Shown here: positions 1 through 11,506 of the stretch, piece by piece
Layout: every line of letters starts with the position of its first letter
Numbering within the stretch: the stretch's first letter is position 1
NCBI GenBank assembly: GCA_020184695.1
Contig: JAANOX010000029.1
Coordinates: forward strand, 163,628 to 227,627
Length of the DNA stretch: 64,000 bases
Direction: 5' to 3'
Origin: Histomonas meleagridis 2922-C6/04-290x
Taxonomy: Eukaryota > Protista > Parabasalia
Notes under the pieces: generated by a model
The model's input: only the letters and a program-made list of their open reading frames with translations
What the model was told of the DNA's origin: nothing
Databases searched by the model: none
Translations under genes and position numbers: made by a program

Positions 1-2
1 AT

Positions 3-404
3 AATCCAGAACTTAATGGAAAAAATTCAAGAATAAAACCATTTTGTACATCTTACTTCCTTAAGGATGAAAGCGAATTGCAAAATTGTCTCGGCGTTAT
101 GATAACAGATGCACAACCAAATGAACCAGAAGTCCCTGATGAGCCTGATGTGCCTCAAGAACCAGATGAACCTGGAAAGAAAACTGAAGAACCAGAAAAT
201 CCTCCAAAAACAGATAAATCATCCAATATAACAAGTCAAATTACCAACAATAAAAAGGATCACAGCAAATTTTCAAGAGTTGGATTGATTGTGGGAATTA
301 TAGCAGCTCTTGCTGGGATAAGTGCCATTACAGGAGGTATAATCTTTTATATAAAAATGAAAAATGGAAATAACTCAAATGAATTTATTGATACAAGTTT
401 ATAA
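3..404 (+). CDS. 3' part (5'-truncated by window) of a single-pass surface protein: P/E/D-rich stalk, TM helix, short cytoplasmic tail
   Basis: Frame is open from base 3 (NPELNGKNSRIKPF...) into the listed ORF; EPEVPDEPDVPQEPDEP stalk; hydrophobic VGLIVGIIAALAGISAITGGIIFYI followed by KMK; stop in TAAA. Confidence 0.75.
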   Translation, partial: NPELNGKNSRIKPFCTSYFLKDESELQNCLGVMITDAQPNEPEVPDEPDVPQEPDEPGKKTEEPENPPKTDKSSNITSQITNNKKDHSKFSRVGLIVGIIAALAGISAITGGIIFYIKMKNGNNSNEFIDTSL

Positions 405-710
405 AAACTTTTTTTAGAAAATGCATTTATAATTTTTATAAACATAATAATATTCTCATAATTCCACAAACTCGTTTACACATAAAAATTGAATAACAAT
501 GTGATACATATTTTTTTTTGAAATTATGATGATTTTAATAATCTCTTGTATAATTACGTTCAGTAGTTATGTTTTCTTTCTTAGATATGAAGCTATAAAT
601 GTGTTACATTAGATATCTTTTTTGTCAATTTATTTTTTGAACGTAAATAATAATGCAACGAATATTTTCATTCAAATTTTCTTTGTCAGTAATTTTGCCA
701 AATAATTATC

Positions 711-1061
711 ATGAAAGGAGGCAGGTCCAAGAAGGAACATTATGAAATGCATCCTGAGGCAAGAAAAAAGTATGAAAGACGCGACGAAAGGGACTATCCA
801 GATCCTAGAATGAGACCAAGCAAAGCAATGCTGAATAAAATGGATAATCCAATCGAAATGGAATATTATGATTATTATGATCAAGAAGGGTACATGAGCA
901 TGAAAAGTTTAAAGAAGAAGCCAACACGAATGGAAGATCTTATTCCATTTTTCGAAATTGATTATTCATTACCAAAACAAATATTCACTGCAAAGGAACC
1001 AGAAGAAGCATCTCTCGCTGCAGATGGACAACAAAAACCAAAGGCAAAACAAGCTAAATAA
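711..1061 (+). CDS. hypothetical basic/charged protein (116 aa)
   Basis: ATG-started ORF with higher GC than flanks, stop in TAAA; no family recognised. Confidence 0.6.
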   Translation: MKGGRSKKEHYEMHPEARKKYERRDERDYPDPRMRPSKAMLNKMDNPIEMEYYDYYDQEGYMSMKSLKKKPTRMEDLIPFFEIDYSLPKQIFTAKEPEEASLAADGQQKPKAKQAK

Positions 1062-1164
1062 ATTGTCGAACTAATAATTTTTATTTTAAATTGTTGAAAC
1101 AGCCAATGCGCTCATTATCACTCCCACACCGACGACAACATCAATTTTTTTTTTTTTTAATATT

Positions 1165-2148
1165 TCAGTATTTTTCTTCATCAGATTTAAATACATTTTT
1201 TGGTTTCTCAATAAATCCAATTAAAACAGCAAGTGCAATTAGGGTAAGCCCAATAACAGAGATTGAAATTTCCCATGAGCTATATGAATTCCATTCTTTA
1301 AGCCAAAAAATTCCAAGAATTACCCCAACAATTATTTGACCGAAACATACAAAGTTTGCGCCACCTGCACCAAGTTCTTTAATAAGAAACATCATACATT
1401 GAATAGATATTCCAGAAGCAAAAATTCCTAATATTAGAAGCCATATCCAATCAATAACATCTGCTCTAACTGCACATTTATGCATATTATGAGGACCAGT
1501 ACAAATTAGAGTAAAAATCAAACAAAAAATAAAAGAACTTAAATTTTGGATCAATGAACTTATGGTTATATCAACAAGTGGCGTTTTGTATTTTAAAAAT
1601 ACTGCAGCAGCACCAAAAAGAGACATACCCATAAAAATTAAAACATAACTTATAATGGTATCATTTGTTGTGTTTGGTGGTTTTGTGAAAGAAGGAATTG
1701 CATTAAAAGAAACACCAATGAATGCACATCCTAAAGCAGAAAATTTAAATCTGTTGAGTTTTTCATCAGCAAATAAAAAATGGGAAAAAATTTGTGAAAC
1801 AATTGTCGTGAGTGGTCTTGAAATCTGAATAATTGCTGATTGACACCATTGTAATGCAACAGCAATTAATGTATGTGGAATACCAAGGTTAATAAGTCCT
1901 CCAATTAATAAATATATATTAATCATTTTGAAATTTAAATGAGATTTTACTTTATTAAAATAATCTCTTTCGAATAAGCAGCGAAATATTAATATAATTA
2001 AACAAAAACAAAATCCAAATAATATCCTGTACATTACAACCAACTCAGGTGTGAAAGATCTTAATGCTAATGAAGATAATGCTGAAGAAGCTCCAAACGA
2101 AACAGTACAAACAATAAATGAAATTGCAATAGTAAGACTGCATTTCAT
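1165..2148 (-). CDS. EamA/DMT-superfamily membrane transporter
   Basis: 327 aa, ~10 hydrophobic segments, duplicated EamA pattern (FTPELVVMYRILFG; PLTTIVSQIFSHFLFADEK; GQIIVGVILGIFWLKE). Confidence 0.85.
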   Translation of the reverse strand: MKCSLTIAISFIVCTVSFGASSALSSLALRSFTPELVVMYRILFGFCFCLIILIFRCLFERDYFNKVKSHLNFKMINIYLLIGGLINLGIPHTLIAVALQWCQSAIIQISRPLTTIVSQIFSHFLFADEKLNRFKFSALGCAFIGVSFNAIPSFTKPPNTTNDTIISYVLIFMGMSLFGAAAVFLKYKTPLVDITISSLIQNLSSFIFCLIFTLICTGPHNMHKCAVRADVIDWIWLLILGIFASGISIQCMMFLIKELGAGGANFVCFGQIIVGVILGIFWLKEWNSYSSWEISISVIGLTLIALAVLIGFIEKPKNVFKSDEEKY

Positions 2149-2421
2149 ATTAAATGCATTTCCAACTTATATTTTTTAATTACAATCGTATGCTTAACTT
2201 TTTCATTAATCATCTAAGAAATCTTAAGGTTTTCTATAATTTTTGATTAGTTTAATATTAATTGAGTAGTGCTTTTAATCAAATTATATAATTATTTTTG
2301 AACGAGTGCATCTTAATATATATAATAATAATTCAAGTTATTTCATGTTCAAATATTAGTTAATTCACTTAATTTAATAAAGAACATTATAATTTTATAA
2401 CATTTATTATTATATTCTATT

Positions 2422-3429
2422 TCATATCAAAGTTTTTTTGAACAAGTTCAACAAGTTCAATTTCATATTTAATTGATCTTTAGCTTTTCGTGACATTCTT
2501 TTACTTTCGAATATCTTTTTTGTCACGTTCAGTAAGCCCTCCAAAGCTTCTTTTCCATTCTCTACGATCTTATTCATTACGTTTGACAAAAAGCATTTCT
2601 CAGGAATATTCTTTTTGACCCATTCCATTTGTTGCTTTTTTGTCGAATTATTAATGATTTCAGAAAAACTCACAATATTTTCCTCATCAATTTCATTAAT
2701 ACCGGCTGAATCAAGTAATGTGCCGTCCACACTTCGAAATGTGCCACAAAAATCATTTATGGAAAAAACCGCTTCTTCGACGGTTTCGAATCGTGATGAG
2801 TATTTAACTCTCTCATTAGAAAAGAAGGCAACAGGAAACAGATTTTCGATTTCATTGTAACATATGTTAAAGTATTCCTTACAGTCAATAAATCCAAAGT
2901 TAACATTTTTGTCGCCAGAAAATATCTTTGCAACTTTGCGCATTAATATTCGAAAGTCTTTAGTGCTTCGATACCAAGTATTTCCAAATATTAAAATATT
3001 ACATTCACTGGTGTTAATGAACGAATAATATGAAATTGGATTAATTCTATGGATATGGGAATGTGAAAAATTTCGATAATACGATTGAGTTTCAATAAAA
3101 TCTGTAATTGAGTCTGCTGTTCTTGGAAGTGTATATTGAATATATGTTTGATTTTGAAATTCTGGAAAATATAAAAATGTAGGAAGCCCGATTATTGAAA
3201 ATTTGTCGCAAACCCACGAAAAAACATCACAGTTGATGTTCAAAAAATGAATGTTTTTAAATCTTTTTGCAGCTTTGGAAAAATGTGATTGAACATATTT
3301 TGAAAAAAATGATGTTGGTGAATAAAAATTTGCAAAGACAGTGTCATTAGATAAAATCAACTTATCCCAAATTTCTCGTGTTAAATTCAATTCTATAGAA
3401 AGAAAATGATGAAAAAACAACGAAAGCAT
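2422..3429 (-). CDS. secretory thioredoxin-fold (PDI-like) protein lacking CxxC
   Basis: Signal-like N-terminus; VFANFYSP...HFSKAAKRFKNIHFLNINCD...FSIIGLPTFLYF and second TRX-like unit (VNFGFIDCKEY); ATG at 3429. Confidence 0.7.
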   Translation of the reverse strand: MLSLFFHHFLSIELNLTREIWDKLILSNDTVFANFYSPTSFFSKYVQSHFSKAAKRFKNIHFLNINCDVFSWVCDKFSIIGLPTFLYFPEFQNQTYIQYTLPRTADSITDFIETQSYYRNFSHSHIHRINPISYYSFINTSECNILIFGNTWYRSTKDFRILMRKVAKIFSGDKNVNFGFIDCKEYFNICYNEIENLFPVAFFSNERVKYSSRFETVEEAVFSINDFCGTFRSVDGTLLDSAGINEIDEENIVSFSEIINNSTKKQQMEWVKKNIPEKCFLSNVMNKIVENGKEALEGLLNVTKKIFESKRMSRKAKDQLNMKLNLLNLFKKTLI

Positions 3430-4199
3430 TGGATTGAATACAAAAAGTGACAATTCATGAAACTAAAAAATCGAAAACAGATATCTAATTTTGATAATGC
3501 AACTCTTTACGTACATGAAATTTTATTTGTTTTTCAGGTCTATTAATCAAAATCTGATTTTCAGATTTGATTCAACAATATTGTTTTTTTTTTTTTTATT
3601 TTTGCAAAAATGTGATATATGATGATTAGAAAAATGTTTAATTTATACATGAACTTGTTTTTACACAATTTCTTTTGGTTATTAAAAAAATTGAATAAAT
3701 TAATTGATCAATTTTTTTTGTAAAGGACTTTATGCAAAAAAGATTTTTCACTGAAGAGTTATGGCAAGTTTGGATTTTATCCCATAGATAAAGATTTTTG
3801 AATTCTGATAATGCATGTATGATTTTAAACAATTTTGAAGTTTAATGATAAAAAGTTTCTTGCATTTAGTTGGGCTGTTTATTCATGATTTTACAAGTAT
3901 AGTCCATGAAGTAATTTTGAAATTAAGAGATCTTTTTTTTATGTTGTTAATAATATATTATATTTCTTTAGTTTTACACAATGAAAAAATAATGGAAGTT
4001 CGTTGTGCAGAATTTTATCTATTAACGACGTAAAGAAAGTGATGGTCTTATTTAATACATAAGCATTGAGTAATATGTACAACACATTTGTTTTTAACAT
4101 TCATGTGCATTTTTCAATAATTAATATTTGCTTGTTTAAAGTCTTATATTTGCGGATATTTTTATTCTTTTTGGAAGAATACCTTATCACAGTTTTTGA

Positions 4200-5936
4200 A
4201 TGATTATTCAATTATTCTTTATTAAATTAACGTTCGACCATATGTACCTTCGGAAAAAAAGCATTTTTTTTGGCCAGAAAATAAGATTCATACTAACTTT
4301 TATTGTATTCTTCTTTACATCTGAAGTTATTCTTTCTAAATTAATTCCATACCCTCAAAAAATAAAACGGAAAGAACAAAAAATAATAATTGCACGAAAT
4401 CGTATTCCTTCAGTTCCATCAATTTGCACAGATATCAATTCCATACTAATCACTGATGATATCATTTCTATAACATATCCAGAATTACCAACTCAAAACA
4501 AAAATATTTTTAGCTTACATTTCGCTCTAAGAACAACATGGCTTAATCAGCAAATTTTCTTTCCAATTGGTAAAGGGGAAGTTTTATCAATAGATAATAC
4601 CACGTATCAACTTCGATTTTTTTTGCCTGTTCTTGATTATTATGAAGGCGAACTTCTTTGTTCATCATCCGGTATTAACGTATCTGAGTCATATGAAGAT
4701 TTTAAGCCATTTATAAATTCTGCTTATAAAGTTCAATTATCAACTACAAGATTTGCTAATTCCACCGAATATTCACAATTAAAATGTCACCATAAGAATT
4801 CATTTTCAAAGCGTTGGTGCGAATATCAAAATTTAATATTTTTTAATAATCATTTTTATTTTTTCTCGCCTGCCCAATTTCGGTATCCCGAGCCATTTTT
4901 AGTACCAGGAGCAAGAGCTCCTCCATTTGACAAAACCATTGATCGTTTTAATTCGGAACCCATTGTTCTTAATTTCAAAATTTCACAGTTTCCTACTAAC
5001 TTCAAAGAAGTCACTGATTTTAGTTACATCTATGGGACATTTCATAACTATTATATGCTCTGGCATTTTCTATTTGATTTTAGTATCCCATTATGGAATC
5101 ATATTCAATTATTAAAGCCGAATGCAACCATGAATAACAGTCAAGTCTTTGTCCGTAATGATGGCGTCTGGCTATTTCATTGTGTTGCTAATATTTTCTC
5201 ACACAAAGGCATCCAAGTGCTGTCGATCGTTAGAGACACACTTTTGTTACGACAAGGAACCGTTGGCATTGAAAAACTCGAAAAGAACCCCGACCCAAAC
5301 CGCGATTCCAATCAAATGATTTCATTCAAATATGAAGTTAACCGCCAAAATGCTATCGGCTTTCGTGATGCTGTTTTAGAGAGTTTGAAATTCCCTTTAA
5401 ATGCCCGGAAAACTAATGAAAGCAAACTATTAGTGATAATGATAGACAGACAAACTAGTCATCGGCGTATTGTCAATCAAGATGAAGTTGTGGAATTGAT
5501 GAGAAATACATGTGATTTTTGTGATGTGCGATGCATAAAATTTGAGAGCTTAAAGGTACAAGAACAAATTAGTTTGGTTTCAAAGGCTTCTGTACTTGTC
5601 GGGCTGCATGGAAGTGGTCTCGCACATGTAATGTGGATGCATGAAAGTACAGATGAATTTCCGACATATATGATTGAGGTTTTGCCGTTTGGTTATATTT
5701 GCAGAGATTGGTATAAAGTAGCTGCAAATGCTGCTGGCGTGAATTATTATGCGATAATGAATAAGAGGGCGCCATCAAACTCTTCTTCGCAATTGATCAC
5801 TTGTTTTAATTACCCAAAGTTGTGTTCGGAAGTTATATGTCATGATAGTTTGAGAGATCAATGCGTACAGCTGGAATTAAAGACTTTCAATCAAACTTGG
5901 TCAAATATAGTAAGTGAGCTAAGGAAAAAACTTTAA
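4200..5936 (+). CDS. glycosyltransferase family 61 (EOGT/xylosyltransferase-like), type II membrane protein
   Basis: N-terminal TM; HNYYMLWHFLFD, IDRQTSHRRIVNQDEV, EQISLVSKASVLVGLHGSGLAHVMWM, IEVLPFG motifs typical of GT61. Confidence 0.85.
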   Translation: MIIQLFFIKLTFDHMYLRKKSIFFGQKIRFILTFIVFFFTSEVILSKLIPYPQKIKRKEQKIIIARNRIPSVPSICTDINSILITDDIISITYPELPTQNKNIFSLHFALRTTWLNQQIFFPIGKGEVLSIDNTTYQLRFFLPVLDYYEGELLCSSSGINVSESYEDFKPFINSAYKVQLSTTRFANSTEYSQLKCHHKNSFSKRWCEYQNLIFFNNHFYFFSPAQFRYPEPFLVPGARAPPFDKTIDRFNSEPIVLNFKISQFPTNFKEVTDFSYIYGTFHNYYMLWHFLFDFSIPLWNHIQLLKPNATMNNSQVFVRNDGVWLFHCVANIFSHKGIQVLSIVRDTLLLRQGTVGIEKLEKNPDPNRDSNQMISFKYEVNRQNAIGFRDAVLESLKFPLNARKTNESKLLVIMIDRQTSHRRIVNQDEVVELMRNTCDFCDVRCIKFESLKVQEQISLVSKASVLVGLHGSGLAHVMWMHESTDEFPTYMIEVLPFGYICRDWYKVAANAAGVNYYAIMNKRAPSNSSSQLITCFNYPKLCSEVICHDSLRDQCVQLELKTFNQTWSNIVSELRKKL

Positions 5937-6342
5937 ATTATATTGTTTAGTAAAATATTTATGCTTTTATACTTTGAAATAAGTTTGATTTTACTCAAAA
6001 ATAATTTGCACATGATATTAAAACGAAATAATTTATATAAATATTTCAACATATTGAACCAATTCTAATAAAAAATGAAATAATAATCCCCTTTCATTCA
6101 TTATAAACATCAATCATAAAAACATTTTAATTAATATTTGAAAATACTTATAAAAATCCCTAAGTCTAGTTTTGAAATTTGTATTCACATTATACTTTTA
6201 GTAACAATGTTTTCATATGAAGCAGCCAAACTTTTTTGCTGAAACAAAATTCGTAATTCATTTAAAACCAATACCTCTAATAAAAAATATTTTTAACAGT
6301 TTCATGCCATTAAATATTATATTTAGAATTCTATCACATTAT

Positions 6343-7509
6343 TTATTGAGATAAACCTTCAGATTCGAACTTCTGTATTCCGACTTCACGTGATTCTTTT
6401 CGTTCTGGGTAGAAAGGGAAAACGGGTTCAGTTTCGTTTCCATGTGCAGGAGACATTGGCAACAAAATTTCGTTTGGTTTGAGAGGAGTCTTTTGCGCTC
6501 TTTCCCAATACATCTTTCTTGTTTCATCGAATCTTTCAATAGCGTCATTTGAAAATGAGAACCTTCCATAGTCCTTATCAGCCTTACTTTTATCAGCTAT
6601 TGTATGGAAGAGTTGATATGAAAGAGCTGATTCAGGTCTCTTAATATGTCTCATTGACAACTTATTTGTTATCCAATCCCAAACAATACATTCTCCATTC
6701 GCTAAAATCAATGAAATAAAATGTTCGGCTATAATCGAAATAAGATACATTACCATTGGGATTCGGTTGATACAGAAACCGTTAAGATAAATATTTGCCG
6801 ATAGAACGATAGGCGGTTTTACCGCTGTAAAAGCCATTGATGTGATAACCGATGTGTTCGAAAAGACGTTATGTTCGGGTGACTCGATAATTACGCGCAC
6901 AGGTGCGTAAAGAACTATGTCTTTAATAACAACAGTAAATGGAACTCGAAATATAGTGAAGTCACATGAAAGAGAAATATCATTCGCAAGAACAGTTGCA
7001 ATTTGAAGTGATAAAGAATTAGGAAATGGTGGTTCTTCTGTGACAGCTTGTAAAAGCTTAGGTGGATTAGAACCAAAGGAAATGGCAGTGAAATTGAGAT
7101 TCTTAACAAAAAATGGTAATAAACCTTGTAATGTAGAACTTGCAATTGGACATAAAAAATCACTGTATGTATCAGTTATCATTTTGCTATATACGTTCTC
7201 AAAGAGAAGATTAGCAAAATGACAACTTTCACCTCCGCTTGCAACAATTGATTCATTAACCCATTTCTTGAATTGTTCTCTTCTCTCTTGGTCAATGAGT
7301 GGAGCTTTGAATCTACACCATGCTACAGCTATTTCTATAAAGAAGAAAATAAAGAAAGGAAGCTTGACTCCAATTGATAAAAAAAGGCAACCCAAGATAA
7401 ACAATAAAACCCTTAAAAGGAAAAAATTATTGTAAATAAAGTAAACTACCTTTCCAATGCCATAATATTTGATTTCAATCTTTATTCTGTCCTTGAGTTC
7501 TTTTTCCAT
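6343..7509 (-). CDS. membrane protein with probable SMP (synaptotagmin-like lipid-binding) domain
   Basis: TM hairpin then ESCHFANLLFENVY...LNFTAISFGSNPPKL resembling SMP N-terminus; ATG at 7509 chosen over the TTG-start ORF. Confidence 0.55.
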   Translation of the reverse strand: MEKELKDRIKIEIKYYGIGKVVYFIYNNFFLLRVLLFILGCLFLSIGVKLPFFIFFFIEIAVAWCRFKAPLIDQERREQFKKWVNESIVASGGESCHFANLLFENVYSKMITDTYSDFLCPIASSTLQGLLPFFVKNLNFTAISFGSNPPKLLQAVTEEPPFPNSLSLQIATVLANDISLSCDFTIFRVPFTVVIKDIVLYAPVRVIIESPEHNVFSNTSVITSMAFTAVKPPIVLSANIYLNGFCINRIPMVMYLISIIAEHFISLILANGECIVWDWITNKLSMRHIKRPESALSYQLFHTIADKSKADKDYGRFSFSNDAIERFDETRKMYWERAQKTPLKPNEILLPMSPAHGNETEPVFPFYPERKESREVGIQKFESEGLSQ

Positions 7510-7631
7510 TTCGATTTTTGGAACATACGGGGTACCCCTAACCGCAGTATCGTTCCAAAAAAATGCAAAATTATTGGGAATCAATTCGCCCATTAATTTT
7601 TCCATCTGATGTTCCTAACATTCATCCATGG

Positions 7632-8474
7632 ATGCAAAAGCTTACCAATATTGTGCTTTTAATACAGCCTTTAGATATAACTTCAAAATATTTAAAAAAC
7701 GTTGCAACAGCGATTTTCCAACTAAAAAACGAAGCATATAAAGAAATGGAAAGCAAAATAGATAGGTCAGGTTCTGTGTATGATCGGCCTGATTATGTTG
7801 TGAGAGAATGTCTTCGCTTATCCAAAATTCAATTTCTTTTACAATACTGTCGTCAGGTTTCAAAAGGCTTTATGTCTGGTGATTTGGTAATTTCAGATAA
7901 AGGGGAGTTAGTGAATCAAAAAACAAAATTTGATCCTTTTATTACATCAACTTTATTGGTTGAAATCCCAACTTTACTTTGTCTATGTTTCACAGCCAAA
8001 GAAACAGTTGGTATTATAAACATTGATGAATTCATGCAATTTTCATCTGAAATCCTTTCGTATATTCAAACCTGTTCACATCTTTCGATCAACACCACGC
8101 CACCACAACTCACCATTTTTTCTGCCCCTTCCTTTATTCTTAATCAATGTCTCCAAAATTTGTTGAGTTTAAACACTGAACTATTTTTTGTCGAATTTTC
8201 AGAAAAATCGATTTTTAAGCTCCTTACACAAACAGCTGTACGCTCGTCAAGAGAAAACCAGTCAATTCTCTTCGATAATACCATTGAATGCATGTGCTCT
8301 TTCATTCAAGCTTCGCAAAGCGAACCTGAAAGAAAACATTTAATTGAAGATAATGAGTTCGTAAATGCATATAAAACACTTGTGAACGAAGTGATAAACC
8401 CATTGTTAAAGACTCACCCTGAAATGAGAAGTAAGTTTAGGTCAATTCTGTTCTATTCGAGATCTTTGAGATGA
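7632..8474 (+). CDS. hypothetical helical protein
   Basis: Long ORF divergent from SMP-like gene; ATG at 7632 preceded by TTCATCC. Confidence 0.6.
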   Translation: MQKLTNIVLLIQPLDITSKYLKNVATAIFQLKNEAYKEMESKIDRSGSVYDRPDYVVRECLRLSKIQFLLQYCRQVSKGFMSGDLVISDKGELVNQKTKFDPFITSTLLVEIPTLLCLCFTAKETVGIINIDEFMQFSSEILSYIQTCSHLSINTTPPQLTIFSAPSFILNQCLQNLLSLNTELFFVEFSEKSIFKLLTQTAVRSSRENQSILFDNTIECMCSFIQASQSEPERKHLIEDNEFVNAYKTLVNEVINPLLKTHPEMRSKFRSILFYSRSLR

Positions 8475-8943
8475 ATTTTCTTGTTTTTAAACATTAAATT
8501 TAAGTATGTTTTTTTTCCAAAAAATTTGAAAAATACTGTTTTCCAATTCGGTACTATAAATTTTATAACATTACTTGTGTGAACATGCCAGAACCACATG
8601 ATCAATCTTTGTGATACATAATAAAAAAAATTTTGGGAAGTCATTTTTTCTTAAGAAAACTTTTTCATAATTTTATGATCGTTTCTGTGCACAATTTGAT
8701 TTTATCGTTCTTATCGCACGGTAGAATGAATTTAGTATTAAGATATTAATACCATACTAAATGAATAAGTTTTAATAATCATTTTATTAACGCCATTCTT
8801 CGATTGAAGTTCCCTTTCCTAAAATGTTATTATTTCCCGGGAATTCTTATTTTTTATTGGAAAAAATAAACGTATATCGGCCATGAAAATAACCGTCAGT
8901 GGCATTGAAAAAACCTCAAAAATGCCTACGTTTAATTTCAGAA

Positions 8944-9867
8944 ATGAAAATAACAAGATATGAAAAACATCAAAAATTAGGCGAAGGATCCTATGGTGTT
9001 GTATATAAAGCAATAGATAAAGTCACGAATGAAATAGTAGCACTAAAAATTTTGAAATTGGAAAACATTGAAAAAGATGGCATTCCGTCTAATCTTCTAA
9101 GAGAGATATCAATACTCAAATCACTCTCACACATAAATGTCATATCTTTACGTGATGTTTGCACATCAACAGTGCCGATATATCTTGCATTTGAATATGT
9201 TGATATAGATTTAGCACGTTTAATGAATTTAAAAACACATCAATTTCGACCAAGCCTCATCAAATCATATGCATTCCAGATGCTCGCAGGTGTGTACTAT
9301 CTTCACTCACACAGAATCATTCATCGCGATATAAAACCCGAAAATATTTTAGTTTCAAAAAATGGAATTTTAAAAATTTGTGATTTCGGAATGGCGCGAT
9401 ACTTTGCGGTCCCAATGCGGCTATACACTAAAGGGGTTGTAACGCCATGGTACAAAGCACCAGAACTAATACTTGGAAGTTTTTATGAATTGTCAATTGA
9501 TATTTGGAGTATTGGTTGTATATTGTATGAAATGATAACCTATTCGCCGCTTTTTGCTGGCGATAGCCAGTTGGACCAAATGGTAAGAATATTGAAGGTC
9601 CTAGGAACTCCAACTGAAGAAGAATCTCCTGGATTTAGAGAAAAATTCATGAGGACATATAACGTAGAATTGCCTCATTACGAAGGAAGCAACTTAGCAG
9701 CAATGATGAGTGGTGCTGATCCTTTGTTAATCGACTTAGTTTTGAGAATGCTAAGATTTGACCCAATGAAAAGAATATCAGCAAAAGAGGCGCTTAACCA
9801 TCCGTACTTTGATGGTATTATCCCGGAAATGAGGAGAATTTGTTTGGGAACAGAAGCGAAATTATAA
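8944..9867 (+). CDS. cyclin-dependent kinase (CMGC, cdc2-related)
   Basis: GEGSYGVVYKA, VALK, PSNLLRE (PSTAIRE position), HRDIKPEN, DFGMAR, VTPWYKAPE. Confidence 0.95.
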   Translation: MKITRYEKHQKLGEGSYGVVYKAIDKVTNEIVALKILKLENIEKDGIPSNLLREISILKSLSHINVISLRDVCTSTVPIYLAFEYVDIDLARLMNLKTHQFRPSLIKSYAFQMLAGVYYLHSHRIIHRDIKPENILVSKNGILKICDFGMARYFAVPMRLYTKGVVTPWYKAPELILGSFYELSIDIWSIGCILYEMITYSPLFAGDSQLDQMVRILKVLGTPTEEESPGFREKFMRTYNVELPHYEGSNLAAMMSGADPLLIDLVLRMLRFDPMKRISAKEALNHPYFDGIIPEMRRICLGTEAKL

Positions 9868-9944
9868 AGAAATAGATTTGTTTTGTTTATTTGTGTTTGA
9901 ACTGAACGATAGACAATTCTGATTGTAAACATTCAAAAAGTTTT

Positions 9945-10463
9945 CTATTCAAAAAATGCCTTCGATATAACATCAATTGGTTCCGAAAAAATAGCTTTGT
10001 TTCGCTTTTCATTGAACTTATTTCGAGCTCTACTCATTCGCATGTTATTGATTGGTGAAAGAACAAAACCAACAACATTATTGAATATAGACATTGTTAC
10101 GGATTGCATAGCACCACTGAATGCACCAGTAGCAATACCATTTAAACCATTTCGAACCTCCATAAGAGCACCTGTTGCTGCACCGCTAACCACACTTCTG
10201 AGCCATGGAGTTTGAATATGTGGTGCAATGTATGGTTCAATTGTCGAACTTACTATTGACCACTTAGCCATTTCAATTCCATTGTTAAAAGAGTTGTATC
10301 CAAGGTCAGAAATAAATCCTTGTAATTTTTTGCCTGGTGGATTATTCATGAGAGAATGATAAGCTGATGATGCAGCTGTCAAGCCTTGTCCTACGATGAA
10401 ACCATTTCCAACGGAATGGAAAAATTCATTTGAAAAATGTGGAAGAAAGTTGTTGTTGAACAT
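9945..10463 (-). CDS. Tim17/Tim22/Tim23-family (hydrogenosomal) inner-membrane translocase-like protein
   Basis: 172 aa with GxxxG-rich TM segments (GNGFIVGQG; SGAATGALMEVRNG; GAFSGA). Confidence 0.65.
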   Translation of the reverse strand: MFNNNFLPHFSNEFFHSVGNGFIVGQGLTAASSAYHSLMNNPPGKKLQGFISDLGYNSFNNGIEMAKWSIVSSTIEPYIAPHIQTPWLRSVVSGAATGALMEVRNGLNGIATGAFSGAMQSVTMSIFNNVVGFVLSPINNMRMSRARNKFNEKRNKAIFSEPIDVISKAFFE

Positions 10464-10587
10464 TGAAATTGGTCGATTTTAGAGTTAACGTTCGATTCAG
10501 TCTAAATGTTAACGGTCGCATAAATGGCAAAAAGATTTTTATTCAAAAAGTGATATCCTCAATTTTTTCATGCAAAAAGTTTAACAT

Positions 10588-11259
10588 ATGTCCCAATCGT
10601 CTGCATCAGATTTTGCAAAAATTCTAGAAGAACTTACAGACAAACGAAATAAGCTTGCTGAGCGACTTAAAGACCAAAGTGAACAACTAGAAAATATTCG
10701 TAAAAAGAAAGTCGCAATACAGAATTTATTTGATAATCTAAAAAAATCACAAAGAGAGCAAATGCTTAAACTTGAAGAGCTGACAAATGTGGAAAGTCAA
10801 AAAATGAAAGAAACAAAAGAAAAATTTTCAAATGTAATCTCTATTCTGAAAAATGAAATTTTTACATATCAAGGACCACTTAATGAAGAAAAAGCTAATT
10901 ACCAAATGGTTGCAGAACGTTTGAATTTTGTTGTTGAAAGAAGTGAAGAACATAAAGCTAATATTTCAAGAAGAATATCTCAAAACAGATACCAATTAAA
11001 TTTGGTTAAAGCTAAGATGAGAGAAACAAATCAAAGGATAGTTGCTCTTCGGTCATATTTACAGGAAAGTAATCCTGAATTAACAAATGAAGAAATTTCC
11101 AATGCTAACACTCTTGAAGCAATTAAATTAAGTAATAGAAAACTTCTAGTAGAAACTGATGAAAAACAAAAAGAAGTTAATAAGCTTGAAAAAATATGTC
11201 GCCAACTAACAGATCAGAAAAAATTATTAGAAGATCAAATCAAAATGCGGCACCAATAA
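10588..11259 (+). CDS. coiled-coil protein
   Basis: 223 aa heptad-rich E/K/L/Q ORF. Confidence 0.7.
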   Translation: MSQSSASDFAKILEELTDKRNKLAERLKDQSEQLENIRKKKVAIQNLFDNLKKSQREQMLKLEELTNVESQKMKETKEKFSNVISILKNEIFTYQGPLNEEKANYQMVAERLNFVVERSEEHKANISRRISQNRYQLNLVKAKMRETNQRIVALRSYLQESNPELTNEEISNANTLEAIKLSNRKLLVETDEKQKEVNKLEKICRQLTDQKKLLEDQIKMRHQ

Positions 11260-11506
11260 AGCCAACTTTTGGGTTGTTTAAAGGACATTATTTTCATGTT
11301 ACTATATATATTTCCAATGTTGGGAATAGGAACTGCCGATACCAATTTTTTGTGTTTCTTTGTTCGAACACAGATTCTGAATTAATAAACTATTGAATTA
11401 TCTACTTTTGAGCTAAAGACAACGAATTGATTGGGGCACCCTATTGTGATATGTCATTTTGCGGCGGTTTACAATGGGCGTTTTTGACGGTTTTCACTTT
11501 TCAGAA

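Noticed and set aside
7563-7605. 5' overlap between the ORF-track calls 6343-7605 (-) and 7563-8474 (+)
   Set aside because: Arises from taking the longest possible starts; ATGs at 7509 and 7632 give a normal ~120-bp divergent promoter.
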